From Scyliorhinus canicula (taxonomy: Eukaryota), in assembly GCF_902713615.1 (NCBI RefSeq), contig NW_024055654.1, positions 248,001-312,000 of the forward strand: DNA of 64,000 bases, written 5' to 3'. Below the pieces are notes generated by a model. That model saw only the letters and a program-made list of their open reading frames with translations. It had not been told where the DNA came from and searched no databases. The translations under genes were made by a program, and so were the position numbers. Shown piece after piece: positions 11,831 to 25,808 of this stretch. Every line of letters begins with the position of its first letter. Position 1 is the first letter of the stretch.

Positions 11831-12181
11831 CAAACTTATTATGCTTTTCAAATTTTGTCACATAACCAGTTAAGAGTAAAATAATTGTCGCTATTTAAAT
11901 GTCTAAATCAGTGAGATTTATTTGTCTAACTGAGACTGGGCTGTTCAGGAGCAATGTCAGAAATCACTTCACAAAATATAGTGAAATCTGCAATTCTGTC
12001 AATAGAAAATATTTAAAGCGCTGAGATTGCGAGTAATTTGTGAGGTGAGAGTATTAATGGTTATAGAATCAATGGAGCTGGATAGCTTTACCAGAGTTCA
12101 GGCATCTGCAAACTGGAGCTCGGTGACTGAGGTCGGACTGATTCTGGTTTTATTTTAGAGGTGGTGTAGGTTTCCTGTCCT

Positions 12182-12723
12182 GCAGCAGCATGGTGGTACA
12201 GCGGCTAGCACTGCTGCCTCACTGCACCAGGGATTTGGGTTTGATTTTTTTTTAAATTTAGATTACCCAATTATTTTTTCCAATTAAGGGGCAATTTAGC
12301 GTGGCCAATCCACCTACTCTGCACATTTTTGGGTTGTGGGGGCGAAACCCAAGCAGACACGGGGAGAATGTGCAAACTCCACACAGACAGTGACCCAGAG
12401 CCGGGATCGAACCTGGGACCTCAGCGCCGTGAGGCGGTTGTGCTAACCACTAGGCCACCGTGCTGCCCGGGTTTGATTTTAACATCGGGTGACTGTATGG
12501 AGATGGTACAATTCCCCGCCATGTCTGCGTGGGTTTCCTCTGGGTGCTCCGGTTTCTGCCCACAGTCGAATGATGTGCAGATTAGGGGGATTGGCCAAGC
12601 TAAATTATCCCTTAGGATGGTGTAGCAGGAATAGGGCAGGGGATTGGTAAGGGGGTCTTTCGAAGAGTTGGTGCAGACTCGATGGGCCGAATAGCCTCCT
12701 TTTGCACTGTAGGGATTTTATGA
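12182..12723 (+). mobile_element. type B SINE with a nested antisense type C SINE (12249-12468, 12-bp TSD)
   Basis: TSD GGGTTTGATTTT at 12237-12248 and 12469-12480. Confidence 0.85.
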
Positions 12724-12831
12724 AGAATCGGAGTGGCACCATTCAAATCACTGGGTGGGATTCTCAGTGAACCAACAGCATTTGCTCAGAGAGAGGAAGG
12801 TTTATGTTACAGCTGATTAGAAGCAGCACAG

Positions 12832-15800
12832 ATAGTCTGCAGTCACACACAGCCTGCAGACACACACAGCCTGCAGGCACACACAGCCTGCAGACCCACA
12901 CAGCCTGCAGGCACACACAGCCTGCAGACCCACACAGCCTGCAGGCACACACAGCCTGCAGACCCACACAGCCTGCAGGCACACACAGGCTGCAGACACA
13001 TACAGCCTGCAGGCACACACAGCCTGCGGACACACACAGTCTGCAGTCACACACAGTCTGCAGACACACACAGCCTGCAGACACACACAGCCTGCAGACA
13101 CACACAGCCTGCAGACACACACAGCCTGCAGACACATACAGCCTGCAGGCACACACACAGCCTGCAGACACACACAGGCTGCAGACACATACAGCCTACA
13201 GGCACACACAGGCTGCAGACACACACAGCCTGCAGACACACACACAGCCTGCAGGCACACACAGCCTGCAGACACACACAGCCTGCAGACACACACAGTC
13301 TGCAGACACACACAGTCTGCAGTCACACACAGCCTGCAGACACACACAGCCTGCAGACACACACAGCCTGCAGTCACACACAGTCTGCAGTCACAGCCTG
13401 CAGACACACACAGCCTGCAGTCACACACAGCCTGCAGACACACACAGCCTGCAGTCACACACAGCCTGCAGACACACACACAGCCTGCAGACCCACACAG
13501 CCTGCAGTCACACACAGTCTGCAGACACACACACAGCCTGCAGACACACACAGCCTGCAGTCACACACAGCCTGCAGACACACACACAGCCTGCAGACAC
13601 ACACAGTCTGCAGTCACACACAGTCTGCAGTCACACACAGCCTGCAGACACACACAGCCTGCAGTCACACGCAGTCTGCAGTCACAGCCTGCAGACACAC
13701 ACAGCCTGCAGTCACACACAGCCTGCAGACACACACAGCCTGCAGTCACACACAGCCTGCAGTCACAGCCTGCAGACACACACAGTCTGCAGTCACACAC
13801 AGCCTGCAGACACACACAGCCTGCAGTCAGTCTGCAGACACACACAGTCTGCAGTCACACACAGCCTGCAGTCACACACAGCCTGCAGACACACACAGCC
13901 TGCAGACACACACACAGCCTGCAGACACACACAGTCTGCAGACACACACAGCCTGCAGACACACACAGTCTGCAGACACACACAGCCTGCAGACACACAC
14001 AGCCTGCAGACACACACAGCCTGCAGACACACACAGCCTGCAGACACACACAGTCTGCAGACACACACAGCCTGCAGACCCACACAGTCTGCAGACACAC
14101 ACAGCCTGCAGTCACACACAGCCTGCAGACACACACAGTCTGCAGACACACACAGTCTGCAGTCACAGCCTGCAGACACACACAGTCTGCAGACACACAC
14201 AGTCTGCAGTCACACACAGCCTGCAGACACACACAGCCTGCAGACACACACAGCCTGCAGTCACACACAGTCTGCAGTCACAGCCTGCAGACACACACAG
14301 CCTGCAGTCACACACAGCCTGCAGACACACACAGCCTGCAGTCACACACAGCCTGCAGACACACACACAGCCTGCAGACCCACACAGCCTGCAGTCACAC
14401 ACAGTCTGCAGACACACACACAGCCTGCAGACACACACAGCCTGCAGTCACACACAGCCTGCAGACACACACACAGCCTGCAGACACACACAGTCTGCAG
14501 TCACACACAGTCTGCAGTCACACACAGCCTGCAGACACACACAGCCTGCAGTCACACACAGCCTGCAGTCACAGCCTGCAGACACACACAGTCTGCAGTC
14601 ACACACAGCCTGCAGACACACACAGCCTGCAGTCAGTCTGCAGACACACACAGTCTGCAGTCACACATAGCCTGCAGTCACACACAGCCTGCAGACACAC
14701 ACAGCCTGCAGACACACACACAGCCTGCAGTCACACACAGCCTGCAGACACACACACAGCCTGCAGACACACACAGTCTGCAGACACACACAGCCTGCAG
14801 ACACACACAGTCTGCAGACACACACAGCCTGCAGACACACACAGCCTGCAGACACACACAGCCTGCAGACACACACAGCCTGCAGACACACACAGCCTGC
14901 AGACACACACAGGCTGCAGACACACACAGTCTGCAGACACACACAGCCTGCAGACCCACACAGTCTGCAGACACACACAGCCTGCAGTCACACACAGCCT
15001 GCAGACACACACAGCCTGCAGACACACACAGTCTGCAGACACACACAGTCTGCAGTCACAGCCTGCAGACACACACAGCCTGCAGTCACACACAGCCTGC
15101 AGACACACACAGCCTGCAGTCACACACAGTCTGCAGTCACAGCCTGCAGACACACACAGTCTGCAGTCACACACAGCCTGCAGACACACACAGCCTGCAG
15201 TCACAGTCTGCAGACACACACAGTCTGCAGTCACACACAGCCTGCAGTCACACACAGCCTGCAGACACACACAGCCTGCAGACACACACACAGCCTGCAG
15301 TCACACACAGCCTGCAGACACACACACAGCCTGCAGACACACACAGTCTGCAGACACACACAGCCTGCAGACACACACAGTCTGCAGACACACACAGCCT
15401 GCAGACACACACAGCCTGCAGACACACACAGTCTGCAGACACACACAGCCTGCAGACACACACAGCCTGCAGACACACACAGTCTGCAGACACACACAGG
15501 CTGCAGACACATACAGCCTGCAGACCCACACAGCCTGCAGACACACACAGTCTGCAGACACACACAGCCTGCAGACACACACAGGCTGCAGACACACACA
15601 GTCTGCAGACACACACAGCCTGCAGGCACACACAGGCTGCAGACCCACACAGGCTGCAGACACACACAGCCTTCAGACCCACACAGTCTGCAGACACACA
15701 CAGCCTGCAGTCACACACAGCCTGCAGACACACACAGCCTGCAGACACACACAGCCTGCAGTCACACACAGTCTGCAGACACACACAGTCTGCAGTCACA

Positions 15801-16390
15801 GCCTGCAGACACACACAGCCTGCAGTCACACACAGCCTGCAGACACACACAGCCTGCAGTCACACACAGCCTGCAGTCACAGCCTGCAGACACACACAGT
15901 CTGCAGTCACAGTCTGCAGACACACACAGTCTGCAGTCACACACAGCCTGCAGTCACACACAGCCTGCAGACACACACAGCCTGCAGACACACACACAGC
16001 CTGCAGTCACACACAGCCTGCAGACACACACACAGCCTGCAGACACACACAGCCTGCAGACACACACAGTCTGCAGACACACACAGCCTGCAGACACACA
16101 CAGCCTGCAGACACACACAGCCTGCAGACACACAGTCTGCAGACACACACAGCCTGCAGACACACACAGGCTGCAGACACACACAGCCTGCAGACACACA
16201 CAGCCTGCAGACACACACAGGCTGCAGACACACACAGTCTGCAGACACACACAGCCTGCAGGCACACACAGGCTGCAGATCCACACAGGCTGCAGACACA
16301 CACAGCCTGCAGACCCACACAGTCTGCAGACACACACAGCCTGCAGACACACACAGCCTGCAGACACACACAGTCTGCAGAGACACACAC
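12832..16390. repeat. 17-bp satellite (AGCCTGCAGACACACAC)n, ~210 units, with 9/13/19-bp variants
   Basis: Direct tandem repeat with CTGCAG in nearly every unit. Confidence 0.98.
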
Positions 16391-16547
16391 CTTTGAATAC
16401 ACAACCACATTCTGAAACACAGAGAGCGACAGTCACACACACTGACACAGGAATACCTCCTGTCCCATAAGGTGGACAGTCCCATCCAACCTGACCAATC
16501 CTGGGGTTAAAGTACCAGTGTCTGGAAAGACCACAGCGTTACGGAAA

Positions 16548-16850
16548 TTATAATAATCTATTAGTGTCACAAGATGGCTTACATTAACACTGCAATGAGG
16601 TTACTGTGAAAATCTCCCAGTCGCTGCACTCCAGCACCTGTTCAGGTACACAGAGGGAGAATTCAGAATGTCCAATTCACCTCACAGCACGTCTTTCGGG
16701 ACATGTGGGAGGAAACCGGAGCACCCGCAGGAACCCACACAAACACGTGGAAAACGTGCAAACTCGCACGGACAGTGACCCAAGCGGGAATCAAACCCGG
16801 GTCCCTGGTGCTGTGAAGCAACAGTGCTAACCACTGTGCTACCGTGCCGC
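16548..16850 (-). mobile_element. HE1-like SINE, long form with tail type D
   Basis: Reverse complement of 52880-53182. Confidence 0.8.
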
Positions 16851-17531
16851 ACTCAATTACAAGTACAAATTCAAGTAAACAGGTTACAAAGGGAAAGAAT
16901 ATAATAGAAATGTTTGTACTTGGCAAGAGAAAACTCTAAAGCTACAAAAGGAAGCACCTTATTGAGCCTCGAGGTGGGGAATGTAGACAGAGGGAGGCAA
17001 CGCAAGAAGATCTGAATAACTTTAATAAACATTTTTCAACAGTAATGACACTTGCATACATTAAAACTAAGGACCTACAATAGAAACAGGTTCTCAGAGG
17101 TCACACTGAGGATAAGATTAGACATGAAGAGATAAATGATCTGAAAGGACAGACAATGGGCCGAATGGCCTGCTTCAGCACTGTCGGGATTCTATGATTC
17201 TATGAATGTAAGTTGTCGACACTGAGACAGAGGGTCAGGAGATGGACTGAATACAAAGACATTATTACATCCTTCAGAAAGAGATGAGATATTTAGGTAC
17301 AAACCATGAAAAAAGTAATGATAATATCACACAAGACTACTAAAGAGCATGATATCATTTATCAGCTGAATTAATGGGTTAATATGTTATGTTTTAATAA
17401 ACAAGTAACCAGAATTTATTGAGATGTTATCGTCAGGTTAATACAACATTACTAAAGCTGGGACCTGTAAGAGAGGGAGACGGCTTTTGCACTATGTTTA
17501 TAGTTTCATGTACATTGTTTATTTTGTTGTT

Positions 17532-19950
17532 GTTTTTTTCAAAAATAATAATTTTTATTGAAATTTTTAACAAAAAATATAACAACAAACAGTAACAAGC
17601 AACAATAAAACAACATAATAAGTATAACACCCCCAAGACAGTAGCAACGCATATATCGCACCCCCCCCCACCCTCCCCAAACCCAGTAAATAACAAGATA
17701 ACTTAAAAATAAATTAAAATTAAATAAACATAGTCAACGACACCCCCCCCCCCCCCCCCCCGGGTTGCTGCTGCTGCTGACCCAGTTCCCTATCGCTGAG
17801 CCAGAAAGTCGAGGAAAGGCTGCCACCGCCTAAAGAACCTTGTACCGATCCTCTCAGGACGAATTTGACCTTCTCCAGCTTAATAAAACCCGCCATGTCA
17901 TTGATCCAGGTCTCCACGCTTGGGGGTCTCGCATCCTTCCACTGTAGCAAGATCCTCCGCCGGGCTACTAGGGACGCAAAGGCCAAAACACCGGTCTCTC
18001 TCGCCTCCTGCACTCCCGGCTCCACCGCAACCCCAAAAATCACAAGTCCCCAGCCTGGCTTGATCCTGGATCCTACCACCCTCGACACCGTCCTCGCCAC
18101 CCCCTTCCAGAAATCCTCCAGTGCCGGGCATGCCCAGAACATATGGGTATGATTCGCTGGACTCTCCGAACATCTGACACACCTGTCTTCGCCCCCAAAG
18201 AACGTACTCATCCTAGACCCGGACATGTGGGCCCGGCGCAGCACCTTGAATTGGATGAGGCAAAGCCGCGCACATGAGGAGGAAGAGTTAACCCTCTCCA
18301 GGGCATCCGTCCATGTCCCATCCTCGATCTGTTCCCCCAGTTCCCCCTCCCACTTAGCCTTTAGCTCCTCTACTGACGCCTCCTCCACCTCCTGCAATAC
18401 CTTGTAGATATCAGATATCTTCCCATCCCCGACCCAGATCCCCAAAAGCACCCTGTCCCTCACCCCCTCGCGGGAAGCAAATGGAATCCCTCCACCTACC
18501 GCCTAGCAAACGCCTTTACCTGCAGGTACCTAAACATGTTCCCTGAGGGGAGCTCAAATTTCTCCTCCAACTCTCCCAGGCTCGCAAACCTCCCATCAAT
18601 CAACAGGTCCCTCAGCTTTCCGATGCCCGCTCTGTGCCAACCCTGGAACCCCCCATCAATGTTCCCCGGGATGAACCGATGGTTCCCCCTTAGCGGAGCC
18701 TCCATCGAGCCCCCCACTTCCCCCCTATGTCGCCTCCACTGCCCCCAAATCTTGAGGGTAGCCGACACAACCGGACTCGTGGTATATCTCGTAGGAGGGC
18801 GCGGCAACGGCGCCGTTACCAGGGCCCCCAGGCTTGTGCCTCCACAGGACGCCATCTCCAACCTTTTCGGTGCTGCCCCCTCCCCCTCCATCACCCACTT
18901 GCGCACCATCGACACATTGGCCGCCCAATAATACCCAGAAAGATTGGGTAACGCCAGCCCCCCACCATCTCTACCCCCCTCCAAGAAGGCCCTCTTCACC
19001 CTCGGGGTCCCATGCGCCCAAACAAAGCTCATGATGCTGCAAGTCACCCTTCTAAAAAAGGCCCTAGGGATAAAGATGGGCAAACACTGAAAAAGGAACA
19101 AGAACCTCGGGAGCACCGTCATTTTGACGGACTGCACTCTACCCGCCAGCGATAGCGGCACCATGTCCCACCTTTTAAATTCCTCCTCCATCTACTCCAC
19201 AAGCCTGGTAAAATTAAGCTTGTGGAGAGTCCCCCAACTCCTGGCCACCTGCACCCCCAGGTATCTGAAACTCTTCACTGCCCTCTTAAATGGGAGTCTC
19301 CCAATTCCCTCCTCCTGATCACCCGGGTGCACTACAAATACCTCGCTCTTGCCCAGATTCAGCCCGGGAAGCCCCAAACTCAGCCAACAGCTCCATCACC
19401 CCCGGCATTCCCCCTTCTGGATCCGCCACATACAACAGCAGGTCGTCCGCATACAGCGATACTCAATGTTCCTCCCCACCCTGCACCAGGCCCCTCCACC
19501 TCCCCGACTCCCTCAGCGCCAAAGCCAAAGGTTCAATTGCCAGTGCAAAAAGCAAGGGGGACAGGGGGCACCCCTGCCTGGTCCCACGGTAGAGCCTGAA
19601 GTACTCTGATCTCCTTCCATTAGTAACTACACTCGCCATCGGGGCCTCATAAAGCAACCTCACCCATTTGATGAACCCCTCCCCAAATCCAAACCGCTCC
19701 AGCACCTCCCGCAGGTACCCCCACTCAACTCTATCAAACGCCTTCTCTGCATCTAGCGCCACCACTATCTCCGCCTTCCCCTCCACCGCCGGCATCATGA
19801 TAACATTTAACAACCTCCGCACATTCGTGTTAAGCTGTCTTCCCTTGACAAATCCTGTCTAATCCTCGTGTATCACCCCTGGCACACAGTCCTCTATCCT
19901 GGTAGCCAGGATCTTCGCCAGCAACTTAGCATCCACATTGAGGAGCGAGA
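17532..19950 (-). mobile_element. 5'-truncated L1-clade LINE (RT plus C-terminal region), several frameshifts, 16-bp TSD
   Basis: LDAEKAFDRVEW and GTRQGCPLSPLLF motifs. TSD TGTTTATTTTGTTGTT at 17516-17531 and 19951-19966. Related to 40493-46361. Confidence 0.93.
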
Positions 19951-20459
19951 TGTTTATTTTGTTGTTATAATACCAAAAATACCTCAATAAAATGTTTATT
20001 AAAAAAAAACACAACATGACTGAAGTCAGAAAGGACCAATATAAAATCTCGGTGTTCCTGACCAGGTCTACCTTTGAGCAGATTGATCAGATTAGAATAA
20101 CGTGCTCCCAGATCTTTCTGATGAGACCTCCTATCAGTATCCAGTAATCTCATGGTTCCTGTCTGGAATGGCTTATGTGATAGAAATAAAAACATTGAAC
20201 CAATGTCTCATTGTTGCTTGTTTAAAGCAATAAATCATTGTGTAAAAACAAAAAAGTATATTCAGCCATTAAGACAGCAAATCTGCAACAATTTGAAATG
20301 AATTCCAGGATCTCTGATCAAAACGATATTCATTTTCAGGAAATGTGTTTGCAGACAGGAAGCAGGTGAATATCCTCTCTCCACTTTGTAATTGACAAAT
20401 TTACAGTTGTGATGATGATCAAATCCTTTTATACACACACACACACACACACAAACACC

Positions 20460-20800
20460 CTCTGTGCAGTGTGAACTCACTGACGAGTCAGAAGTTTAAA
20501 CGACTGAGTGAATCCCTTCCCACACACGGAGCAGGTGAACAATCTCAGCCCAGTGGGAACTCGCTGGTGTGTCCACAGATTAGATGATTAATGAATCAAT
20601 CTCATGTCAGATCACTGCCCAGCCTTTCCCCCAGTGTGAACAATTTGGTGATTCATCAGGTCAGTTGAAACATTTCCACACACGGGGCAAGTGAAAGACT
20701 GTCCAACAGGAGACTGTGTAACTGACTGAATCCCTACACACATACATCTTTTCCCCAGTATGAACTCACTAATATCTCAGAAGGGCGTATGTCTGATAGA
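20460..20800 (-). pseudogene. decayed C2H2 fingers 3' of the 20805 stop codon
   Basis: Finger-coding remnants such as TTCACCTGCTCCGTGTGTGGGAAGGGATTCACTCAG (reverse complement), with stops and indels. Confidence 0.7.
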
Positions 20801-20804
20801 CTCT

Positions 20805-22529
20805 CTACTCACATATGACATCAGACAGCTCCTCCCAGGTGTGAGTGCGCTGGTGTGTCAGCAAGTTGGATGACTGAGTGAATCCTTTCCCACACTGAGA
20901 GCAGGTAAATGGTCTCTCTCCAGTGTGAACTCGCTGGTGTGTGAGCAGGTGGGATGACTGAGTGAAACGCTTCCCACACAAGGGGCAGCTGAACGGCCTT
21001 TCCCCAGTGTGAAGTCGCTGGTGTGTCAGCAGGTAGGATGAGGTAGTGAATCCTTTGCCACACACAGAGCAGGTGAATGGCCTCTTCCCCGTGTGAATAC
21101 GCTGATGTACAGTGAGGTCAGATGATCGCCTGAACCCAGTTCCACAGTCAGAGCACCTGAACGGTCTCTCATCAGTGTGAACACGTTGATGGGACATCAG
21201 TTCCTCAGAACTTTTATAGCACTTCCCACAGTCTGGACATTTAAAAGGTCTGTCCTCACTGTGAACTCGCTGGTGTCTCAGCAGGTTGGATGAATGAGCA
21301 AATTCCTTCCCACACTCAGAGCAGATGAATGGCCTCTCCCCGGTGTGAACTCGCTGGTGGGTCTGCAGATGGGATGAACAAGTGAATCTCTTCCCACACC
21401 CGGAGCAGCTGAATGGTCTCTCCCCAGTGTGAGTGCGCTGGTGGGTCTGCAGTTGTGATGAGGCACTGAATCCCTTCCCACACTCACTGCAGGGGAACAG
21501 CCTATCCCCAGTGTGAATTCGCTGGTGTTCCAGAAGACTATATCTCTGAGTGAATCTCTTCCCACAGTCTGAGCAGGTGAATGGCCTCTCCCCAATGTGA
21601 ATGTGCTGGTGTCTCTGGAGGTTGTGTGAGTGACTAAATCGCTTCCCACACCTGGAGCAGGTGAATGGTCGCTCCCCAGTGTGAACCCGCTGGTGTCTCA
21701 GTAAGTAGGCTGTACAAATGAATCCCTTTCCACACTTGGAGCAGATGAATGGTTTATCTCCAGTATGAATGCGTTGGTGTGTCAGCAAGTTGGATGACTG
21801 AGTGAATCTTTTCCCACATTTGGAGCAGATGAATGGTCTCTCTCCAGTGTGAACTCGCTGGTGTGTCTGCAGGTGGGATGACTGAGTGAATCCCTTCCCA
21901 CATTCAGAGCAGGTGAATGGCCTCTCCCCACTGTGAATACACTGGTGTGTCAGCAGGTAGGATGAGGTAATAAATCCTTTCCCACACTCAGAGCAGGTGA
22001 ACGGCCTCTCTCTGGAGTGACTGCAATGATGTACAGTCAGATCAGATGATCGTCTGAACCCAGTCCCACAGTCAGAGCACCTGAACGGTGTCATGTCAGT
22101 GTGAACATGTTGATGGGACATCAGTTCCCCAGAACCCCGACAGTGTTTCCCGCAGTCTGGGTATTTAAAAGGTCTCTCGTGGGTGTGAGCTCGCTGGTGT
22201 CTCAACGGGTTGGCTGAGTGAGCTAATCCCTTCCCACACTCGGAGCAGCTGAACGGTCTCTTCCCAGTGTGGACTCATTGGGGTCAATAGGTGGGATGAG
22301 GTAGTGAATGTCTTCCCACACTCAGAGCAAGTGAGCGATCTCTCCCTGTGTGTGTCACTGTGAATTTCCACTTCAATGGGTAATTGTATCCCTTCCCACA
22401 GTCCACACGTTTCTACGTTCTCTCTGCTGTAACTGCGTTTGGCTCAACAGGACAGCTGATCGGCTGAAATCTCAGCCACACAGAACCTGAGCACAGTTTC
22501 CACTGTGAACGGTGTTGTTTCCCTTCCAT
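20805..22529 (-). CDS. class-1 C2H2 ZNF; open frame 22205-20805 has 15 intact fingers, while the 5' part (ATG 22529 to ~22270) is frameshifted, so it is a possible pseudogene or uses an internal Met
   Basis: 466-aa ORF in the track. Class-1 leader GATTTTGAACATGGAAGGG. Acceptor at 22625-22627. Confidence 0.75.
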
Positions 22530-23059
22530 GTTCAAAATCCGTCAGCATTTGGATGATGATGAATTGGGCGACTATGTAAGATTCTGATGTGATGTTGAGT
22601 TTCAGTTTTCCAATGTTCAACCTCCTGTAAAATTGACAGAAAACAGAAAAGTGTGAGAATGAAATTGAGCTGAATTAATTTGGTCAGTTTGGGAAACACT
22701 CGGAAAAAGTGACCATGAAAACTGCTGGATTGTCATGAAAACCAACTGGTTCAGGAATGTCCTTCAGGGAAGGAATCCTGCCAACTGGTCTGGGCCAACA
22801 CAAGATTCAGACTTCTATAGGAGGAGGGAGAATGGAAGAGAGAGTGAGAGGAGAGGTGGGAGAGGTAGGGAATGAAGGAAAGGGTTTTTATCCATCTACA
22901 GCTTGACCAGACGTTTACAAATCTCTCAAGCCTTCAGCCTCCATCACCATAAAGGACCAGGGCAGCATGTGTATGACAACGCATTCACCTACAAATTCCT
23001 CTCCCAGTCACACACCGTACTGACATACTGAACTGGATGAGCAAACATTTACTGCATTT

Positions 23060-23520
23060 AAACATTGCAAAAAATGATCCCATTGTCTTTGCTTCTCTCC
23101 TACAAACTCCATTTACTCAGCACCGGCTCCACCCATCTCCCCGATAACAGCCTGAGACTGAACCATGGTTCATACATATCCCAAAATATTTTGTGATAAT
23201 CCCATATCTACATCATCACCAACACTGCCTATTTCCAGCTCAATAACATCACCAGACTCTCTGCTCATCTGCTGCTGAAACCTTCACCCATTCCTTTGTT
23301 CCCTGTGGACTGAACTGTTCTAATGCTGGTCTGGCTGGTTGGTCTCCCACATTAAACCTCCCTATTAACCTGAGATCATAAACTTTATTGCTTAATCACA
23401 CCCAATTTTCATTCATGCTCACAGACCTCCAAAGGCTCCCAGTTAAGAAGCAGATACATTTAGAAATTCTCATCCTTGTTTTCAAATTTCTCCATGCTCT
23501 TGCACCGCGCCCCCCCTCCT
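23060..23520 (+). mobile_element. old L2-like LINE ORF2 C-terminal remnant
   Basis: Degenerate TAYF.L.NI..L / AETF.H.FV / WLPV-like coding remnants. Confidence 0.55.
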
Positions 23521-23529
23521 CCTCCTCCA

Positions 23530-24045
23530 AGTCTAATCTCCTCCATGCCCCTCTCTATCTCTGTCATCTCCCCCATGCTCTGGTCTCTCTCTGTCATCTC
23601 CCCCATGCTTTGGTCTCTCTCTCTCTCTCTCTGTCATCTCCCCCATGCTCTGGTCTCTCTCTGTCATCTCCCCCATGCTTTGGTCTCTCTCTCTCTCTCT
23701 GTCATCTCCTCCATGCTGTGGTCCCTCTCTGTCTGTAATCCCCTCCATGGTTTATTTTCTCTCTGTAATCTCCTCCATGCTCTGGTCTCTGTCTGTCTGT
23801 AATCCCCTCCATGCTCTGGTCTCTGTCTGTCTGTAATCTCCTCCATGCTCTGGTCTCTCTGTCATCTCCTCCATGCTGTGGTCCCTCTCTGTCTGTAATC
23901 CCCTCCATGGTTTTTTTTCTCTCTGTAATCTCCTCCATGCTCTGGTCTCTGTCTGTCTGTAATCTCCTCCATGATCTGGTCTCTCTATCATCTCCTCCAT
24001 GCTGTGGTCCCTCTCTGTCTGTAATCCCCTCCATGCTCTTCTCTG
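23530..24045. repeat. CT-rich minisatellite, ~29-37 bp unit (TGTAATCTCCTCCATGCTCTGGTCTCT..)
   Basis: Direct repeats. Confidence 0.9.
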
Positions 24046-24099
24046 TCTCAGTCTCTGCAATCATTGCCCCCATTAAAGATGGTGATCTTTAACACGGGC

Positions 24100-24620
24100 C
24101 GGTGAGGACGTGTTCGGTTCAAATGGGAGTCCAGGACGCCCTTTTCCCCAGATTGTGCTGCGCAACATGTTGACAAAAACACTGCACACACCCGGCAGAT
24201 GGACCGCTGCCGGCTTTCCGCAATTTTCTGCTCATCGATCCCCCGCACTGCGCCTGCGTCAGTCACTGCCTAGCCCCGCCCCCTCATTCACTCCGATTGA
24301 CTGGGGGACCAGCCGCTCCCGCTCGGTCTTCTTGCCCCGCCCCTTCTTCCGATTGGCGCGGAGGCGCCGTCAATCACTCGCCGGCATTGTGACGCAGGCA
24401 ACGGGCTGGGACAGAAGCTTGTTTGTCAGATCCACAGACGGTGAGGGGAATGGAGGGAGAGGCGGAGCCTGGGGAGGGTCCGTGAGTCCCGGGGTGCGGC
24501 TCTGACCCCGGAAGAAGAAGCTGCCGGTTCCGGGTTTGTATCTGCGCGGCGGAGGCAGCAGCTGAACCGCGTCTGCAGTGAGAGGCCCGGATTCAGGGCG
24601 CATGCGCGGTGCTCCCTGTC
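24100..24620. promoter_or_regulatory. CpG island and bidirectional promoter with the ZNF module at 24245-24395
   Basis: High CpG content, GC boxes, reverse CCAAT (GATTGG) and GCGCATGCGC. Lies between divergent ZNF genes. Confidence 0.7.
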
Positions 24621-24823
24621 AGCAGGAGGTGAGAATGTTGTGAATTTCTATCCTGGACTGACAGGGATGCATTCTGCAAACTACTTTTACAGGGGGTTGG
24701 GATGGCTGGATTTACACAGAAAACTCAAATCAAAGATTACATCAAGATCTAACAGAGTCACCCTGAACATTATCAGAATGTGAGTATAATTGAGCTCCAG
24801 GACAGTCCTGCTCGCTGCATGTG

Positions 24824-25145
24824 AAAATGAAATGAAATTTGCTTATTGTCACGAGTAGACTTCAATGAAGTTACTGTGAAAAGACCCTTGTCGCCACATT
24901 CCGGTGCCCGTTTGGGGAGGCTGTTACGGCAATTGAACCGTGCTGCTGCCCTGCCTTGGACTGCTTCAAAAGCCAGGGATTTAGCCCAGTGTGCTAAACC
25001 AGCCCATAATGAAGTTACTGTGAAAAGCCCCTCGTCGCCACATTCCGGCGCCAGTTCGGGGAGGCCGGTACGGGAATTGAACCCACGCTGCTGGCCTGGG
25101 TCTGCTTTACAAGCCAGCTATTTAGCCACTGTGCCAAACCAGCCT
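24824..25145 (-). mobile_element. two tandem short type D SINEs
   Basis: Two copies of GAAGTTACTGTGAAAAG..CGCCACATTCCGG..ATTTAGCC. Confidence 0.8.
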
Positions 25146-25309
25146 GTGTAGTGGGCGTTACAGTCAGATCAGCCAGATACTTATTCAATGGTGGAGCAGG
25201 CTCGAGGGTGTCTCCGAACACAGACAGAAAAGTCCACTTTTCTCTTGGAGTTTGAGAAAAATCAGTTTTCAAAATGATGCAGTGTTTCAGCCACTGAGGG
25301 AGATCCGGG

Positions 25310-25480
25310 CTCAGCCCCACTCCTCATTCACTCCGATTGGTTGGAGGACCAGCTGCTCCTGCTCAGTCCTCCAGCCCCACTGCTGCTTCCTGTAGGTTCA
25401 GAGATGCCGTCAATCACAACTCGGGCATTGTGAGCTGGAACACGCGCAGTGCAGGTTCTTGCTCTGGACTCAGGTGGGTA
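25310..25480 (+). promoter_or_regulatory. second copy of the ZNF promoter module and a probable first exon
   Basis: CCTCATTCACTCCGATTGGTTGGAGGACCAG..GCCGTCAATCAC..GGCATTGTGA, followed by donor-like GGTAAGA. Confidence 0.65.
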
Positions 25481-25808
25481 AGAGGAGACCCCAAACTCCC
25501 AATAAGACCCATTGATTTTATTGTCTGTCTGCAGACAGGAGCTGGAGAACTGAACACAGGCAGAGGGAGAAAACTGGGATTAGAGGAAAGAAATGGTGCA
25601 GATGGGTTTGGATTACAGCCCAGGGAGGAAAGGGAGGGTGTGTGGGATAGAAATTTACATCTTTCACTTTGGTAATCTTCATTTATAGGATATTCGAAGT
25701 GGATGATTTACAGATGGGAAATTAAAATTAAGCATCACAACAAAATTCAACAGAATCACTCGATTCAAGACCTCAATCTCATTTGCCTTTGAATGTGGAA
25801 GGAGAAAT

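Noticed and set aside
12804-16415. 1203-aa His/Thr/Gln-rich ORF and many antisense Cys/Val-rich ORFs
   Set aside because: These are translations of the 17-bp satellite, whose unit has no stop codon. The frames cycle with unit length.
10943-25675. Similar peptides (PIRPIDFIV.LQTGAGELN..EERNGADGFG) in ORFs 10943-11317 and 25337-25675 as a novel N-terminal domain
   Set aside because: The similarity follows from paralogous DNA. A 2-nt indel after QPREE breaks the frame between the copies, and no in-frame link to the fingers is visible.
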